A stretch of 63,961 bases of DNA, filler included, from Thelocarpon superellum (Eukaryota), in NCBI GenBank assembly GCA_026025795.1. It is 7 parts of 7 records of this genome, joined end to end, with 100 filler letters (N's around TTAATTAATTAA, not from the genome) between each part and the next. Parts side by side here need not be neighbours in the genome. Positions count along the whole stretch, not along the records: positions 59,515 to 63,961 come from JAPEUG010000747.1; 6 more parts are not named here. One strand, written 5' to 3'. Of the stretch, positions 59,515 to 63,961 are shown one piece after another. How positions within the stretch are numbered: position 1 is the stretch's first letter; the number at the start of each line of letters is the position of its first letter. The translations under genes were made by a program, and so were the position numbers. The notes below the pieces were generated by a model. It saw only the letters and a list, made by a program, of their open reading frames with translations, did no database searches and had not been told where the DNA came from.

Positions 59515-62500
59515 CCGACCCCGACCCCGACCCCGTCGCCGGCGAGCTTCAGTCCCCTGGCAGTGGTGCCAACACCCCGATTGAACACCAGAGCTCCGTA
59601 CAGTCGCGCTACTTCACCCAGTACGGCTTAACGCCACTGGTACGCGGGATTCAAAAAGCCATCGACCAGACTGACCCGTCCCCCGTTGACCGAGCCCGAC
59701 CCTTTCGGATCTGCCTATCGCTGATGGATCGCGGGGAGATCGGGGGCCTCGTCATCCCCGCCATCTTCCTACCTGCGCTGGAGAGCGCGCGACAGTACGA
59801 GGACATAGCGGCGAGCAAGGACGACTTTGCCGATGTTCTCCGCAGCGCCAGCGTCTTCTTTGATGGTGTCGAGAGCGGTCTCATCTGGGGAGAGATCTGG
59901 GGAGTACTGCGTCAAGCCCTGTCAAGCTCGTCCGCGGATGCGGCTACAAGTCTCGACCGACTCGCGCTCGTGAGGTTCATTGTGACGCACTTCAATGTGC
60001 GAGAAGAGGAGATGCTCCTGGTCCATGTCCCACTAATGGCGCTGGCACTCCTGGTCATGATCACAAGCGCAGGGGATGCAACCGCCGACGCCAGAGGCTC
60101 GGGAATGGTCTTCTCGGTCGATGTCACTGCCTCAGCGCTCGAGCTAGCCGAGACACTGGTGGAGCTCATCCCAGAGCGCACCTTTGCCAGACACGCGACT
60201 AATGGATCGCCAACGTTGGCTCGACAAAAGCACCCGTGGGGCCTACGCAATACGGAAATCTTGAACAACATCCGCGACTTCTACGAGCGTGACGAAGGTA
60301 ACCTCGATACGTCGAGCGCACCCTTTTCTGCCAACGACATTGGTGAGCTGCTGCTCCGAGAGAGCGGTAGTCTCGTCAAGGCTGTGCTGCACCGGGATCA
60401 GGTCCGTCCTGGTCTGGAGGCCAGGGCGAAGCTTCTCGTTGCCCTGCTCAAGAAGCTTCCTCCATGGACCTCCTCACTCCAAGCCGAGATTTTCCCCATC
60501 ATTCACGGCACCCTCGTCGAGCAAGCTGCGCACGATAGCTCCTTGCCCTTTCCCACCCTTTCAGCGCTGGTATCGCTCGTCACAACCCTCGCCATTACGT
60601 CGCCGGAGCACGAGGAGGCCGAGGCCAGCCACCGACTGACCGAACTGGTTGACCCCATGGTCCGCCAAGCCTGGGTGCATTTATCTCCCTCGAGACCGAA
60701 ATATCAGGTTGAAGTGGTGCGATGTTTGTGGCAGCTGCAGTCGGCTCTCACCCTCGGCGATCGTCGAATTGCGGCCGCCCTCTGCGCCTTGGTCACGGAG
60801 CAACAAGTCGCCCATCGCGATGGACGCGCCTCCATGCCCGGCCGGCGATTCAGTATCCTATGGACGCACAGCTTGAACCTCCTAAACGTCCTGTCCGACC
60901 AGCTGCCTTCGTCCCAGTCACCGTTGAACATGACGCATGGCGCGGGAATGAAGCGATTCGGTCGGGAAGACTATGAGATCATGCTGTCACGACCACTCCT
61001 CCTTCTCCTCGACGCGTGTGACAACGAGCAATCGGAGCACTACACCTTCATGAGACAATGGTTGCAGAATCTAGCGACGGGGGACCGGTAAGCCGTTCTT
61101 GCGATGTTGTATTCAGGCGGACAGGGGCTGACCGTTTCCCGACAGCGTGCTCTCCATCCTCATGCGAAGGCTCTTGTCCTTTGACTTCTTGGCACCTGTT
61201 TTGCAAGGCCCGAGCGGTGTGACCGCGGAAGGAGGTGCGGTGGATCCGAGTCAGATTGATGTCGACTTGTGCCTGTACTACCTTCACACTCTCTCCAACG
61301 TCTTGCGTGTGCCCACCGGCCGAATTTGGTCCGCCATGGCCCGTGAAGTTCCGCTGCTCGATGAGGCGACGTCCGAGCAATTGACAGACTGTGAGCACCA
61401 TCTTGATGGAACAGGCTCACCGCCACTGACATCTCGCCCTAGTTGGCTTGACCCCCGACACCACCTTTCAAGGCTTCTTTGCCGAAACCTGCATGCGGGT
61501 GCTCCACCTGAAACTTCCGTCCGGCTCGTCTCGGCAGAGCCTGGCGACGTCCTCGGAGGCGTATCGCGGATCCTTGACCCTCCTGCAGCAGCTGCTTAGT
61601 GGGCCCCACGCGCGAGTCGTGTCGGACATCGACTGGGCCAGCCCTTTGCTGGATCGATTGTTGGCGTCTCTGCAGGATGATATGCCGTCTGTCCAAGTCT
61701 TGCTGCTCGAGGCAGTCCTTGCGGCTCTTCAGCTACGATGGGTGCAAGACGAACCATCACCCCGTGCCGCGCCACGGCCCGTCTCCAAGGAGGCTGGCAC
61801 AGCCCCGCGAACCTCCATCTCGACGGAGCGGAGCGAGCAGGCCCACGTATCAGTGGCGCCGCCTCCGCCATCGACTCTCCTTGAATGTCTCCAGGGAGGC
61901 TTCTCGTCCCGTGAAAGCCGACCGATCCTAGATAATTGGGTCACTTTCCTCGCCGAATGTCTACCCTACTACTCCGAGACGATTTTTCAGGTGCTCATTC
62001 CTTTGGTCGAGGTGTTTTGCGCGCAGATCGGACAACATCTGAAGGCGCTCCAAGAGACCTTCCGGACCGCGGAGGACGGCCTCGAGGTTGCACCTGAAGC
62101 CACGTTGATCGCCCTTCTCAACGGAATCGAGCAGATCTTGGCCAAGGCGCATGATCGATTGATGACGGACGAGGTCAAGGTGGAGCACGTCAAGGCGCCC
62201 GAGCAGGCGCAGGGCTTCTTTGGGAATATGGTCTCGGGTGTCTTTACGAGTGAAGCGCCACAACCACGTCGGGCCACGGCTAACGATCGACTGACGGTCC
62301 TATTGTCTTTCAAGGACACAGTGCGGATCTGCTTCGCCGTCTGGTCGTGGGGAACCACCGGGTCCAGTGCAGTGCCAGCGGATTCACCGTCCCTAGCGTC
62401 TTTCAACTACTCGTCCCTGCGGATCCGGAATCGGGCCCGACGTCTTTTGGAGCATCTTTTTGCCGCGGAGACGTTGGAGTGCCTGGAGACGACGGTGGAA

Positions 62501-63961
62501 ATCTGGAAGGCGTCGACGTTGGCAGCGCAGGCGACATCGATAGCGCCCGTATTCGATCTGCTCCACGTCCTCGACGGTTCGCGGCCAAAGAACACGATCC
62601 CTGCGATCTTCAACGCCATCTACAGTCGAGCCAACCCCAATGCACTCGAGCCGACGAGCAAGTCGACGCTGGCCTCGGATCTAGCCGACACGGATGTGGT
62701 CGCCTTTCTGGCTGAGTATGCTCGGTCGCTGGAAGATGATACGATGGATGAGATCTGGGCCGACTGCATGACCTTCCTTCGCGACGTGCTGGCCAATCCC
62801 TTTCCCCATCGGCAGACCCTTCCCCGACTGTTGGAGTTCGCGGCGATCCTGGGCGAGAAGGCGGATAACACGACGTTTGGCGAGCAACGGAAGATGCGTC
62901 GAGACCTGAGCGACCTCTTCTCCCGCCTTCTAACGGCCACCTTTACCACCAAGCCAATTGGCTTTTCTGGAGAGCCGCCTCAGCCGGCCGGGACGGAGAA
63001 GCCCGAGCCCAGGACGCCAATAGGTGATGGGACCGTGAGCCGGCCCGTGTCTCAATCGCACGACGTCATCTCCATTCTCGCCATGATCGTGCCCAAGCTC
63101 CCGCAGATCCTGGTCGAGTCCGACCGCGTGCTCGGGGCGGCCACGACGATCTCGACAAGCGTGATTGGGCCGACCATTCGGGCCAAGACCTTTCCCGACA
63201 ACGTGTCGACGAGCTTTCTTGACCTGCTGTATGAGCTCTCTCGACTACCGAGCGCGCAGAAGTCGTGGCGAAAGGATCTCGCCGAGGCCTTTAACGACGC
63301 ACGCTTCTTCGCGAGTCCATGGAGTCTCGTGGAGCAGCGCTGGCTGCCGCTGCTCCGTCACTGGGCGCTCGGGGACAAGGACCGCATGCCGGAGTTGCTG
63401 TCGAGACTCTCGGCCCCCACTACGGCCGGGATCGTCTTTGGCGTGGGCGCGACGTCGGCGCGAATGGATGCGGACCGCAAGACGCAACTCAACCTGCGAC
63501 GCATCGCGTTGTTGATCCTCGCCGCGGCCGATGACACAACGGCGACGAACATCGGCAGCATCGAGGACAAGGTGGTGGAACTACTCACGGCGACAGCCAT
63601 GTCGTCTCCGTCGTCTGCCACGCGAGCCGACGTGTACATGGTCCTACGGGCGGTCGTGCTCAAGCATTCGTCCGTCCACCTCGCTGCACTCTGGCCCACC
63701 ATCAACGCCGAGCTCCAGGCGACCATCTCCTCGGTCATGCCCGGCGAGGAGTCGGACGTCTACAACAAGACGTCCGTCCTGCAGGCGTGCAAACTGCTCG
63801 ACACGCTGCTCGTGCTCGCGCCCGACGAGTTCCAACTCCACGAATGGCTCTACATCACCGATACCATCGACGCCGTCTACCGGCCGCCGCACTGGCAGCC
63901 CGTGGCGCTGGTGGACGAAGTGTCGGAACAACTCGGCACGACCATGACGCCCTCGTCCACG
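59515..63961 (+). CDS. DOP1: Dopey/DopA trafficking scaffold, partial at both ends; introns 61088-61145 and 61391-61442
   Basis: RARPFRICLSLMDRGEIG, FNVREEEMLLVH, LSPSRPKYQVEVVRCLWQL, DEIWADCMTFLRDVLANPFPHRQ, DRKTQLNLRRIA, CKLLDTLLVLAPDEFQLHEWLYITDTIDAVY. Confidence 0.93.

Noticed and set aside
1..63961. tRNA, rRNA or CRISPR loci
   Set aside because: No cloverleaf with A/B boxes, 5S-like sequence or repeat-spacer array was seen by eye; tRNAscan-SE and Infernal were not run.

Overview
Eukaryotic, GC-rich DNA from a filamentous ascomycete (Pezizomycotina-type genes; short GT-AG introns with CTRAY branch points). The window is not one locus. It is seven contigs joined by an artificial 100-nt linker (N44-TTAATTAATTAA-N44); the five complete inner pieces shrink steadily from 9829 to 9773 nt, so order across linkers has no biological meaning. 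Recognisable genes: cytochrome b561-domain membrane protein, ERV41, DUF1996/WSC protein, LAA1/HEATR5, MscS-like channel, SAM methyltransferase, GPI8, ALG1, PSO2/SNM1, LSM2, MSS1, MAK16, MSO1, thioredoxin-like membrane protein, CNL2/NKP2, EAF3, HAUS4-like protein, MRPL24, YPD1 and partial DOP1. Between them lie several orphan small secreted or Cys-rich genes. The three most notable signals are: (1) an apparent transcription unit (TATA box, ATG-free spliced leader) whose first ORF is the 8-codon MMGRGGYN at 43681-43707; (2) a 90-91 bp TG...CA element with 4-bp target-site duplications and a double-CACGTG hairpin, found on two contigs; (3) a secreted pre-pro-protein gene whose spliced frame has one in-frame TGA in front of an intact, possibly toxin-like domain. 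All gene models and family calls were made by eye, without database searches.
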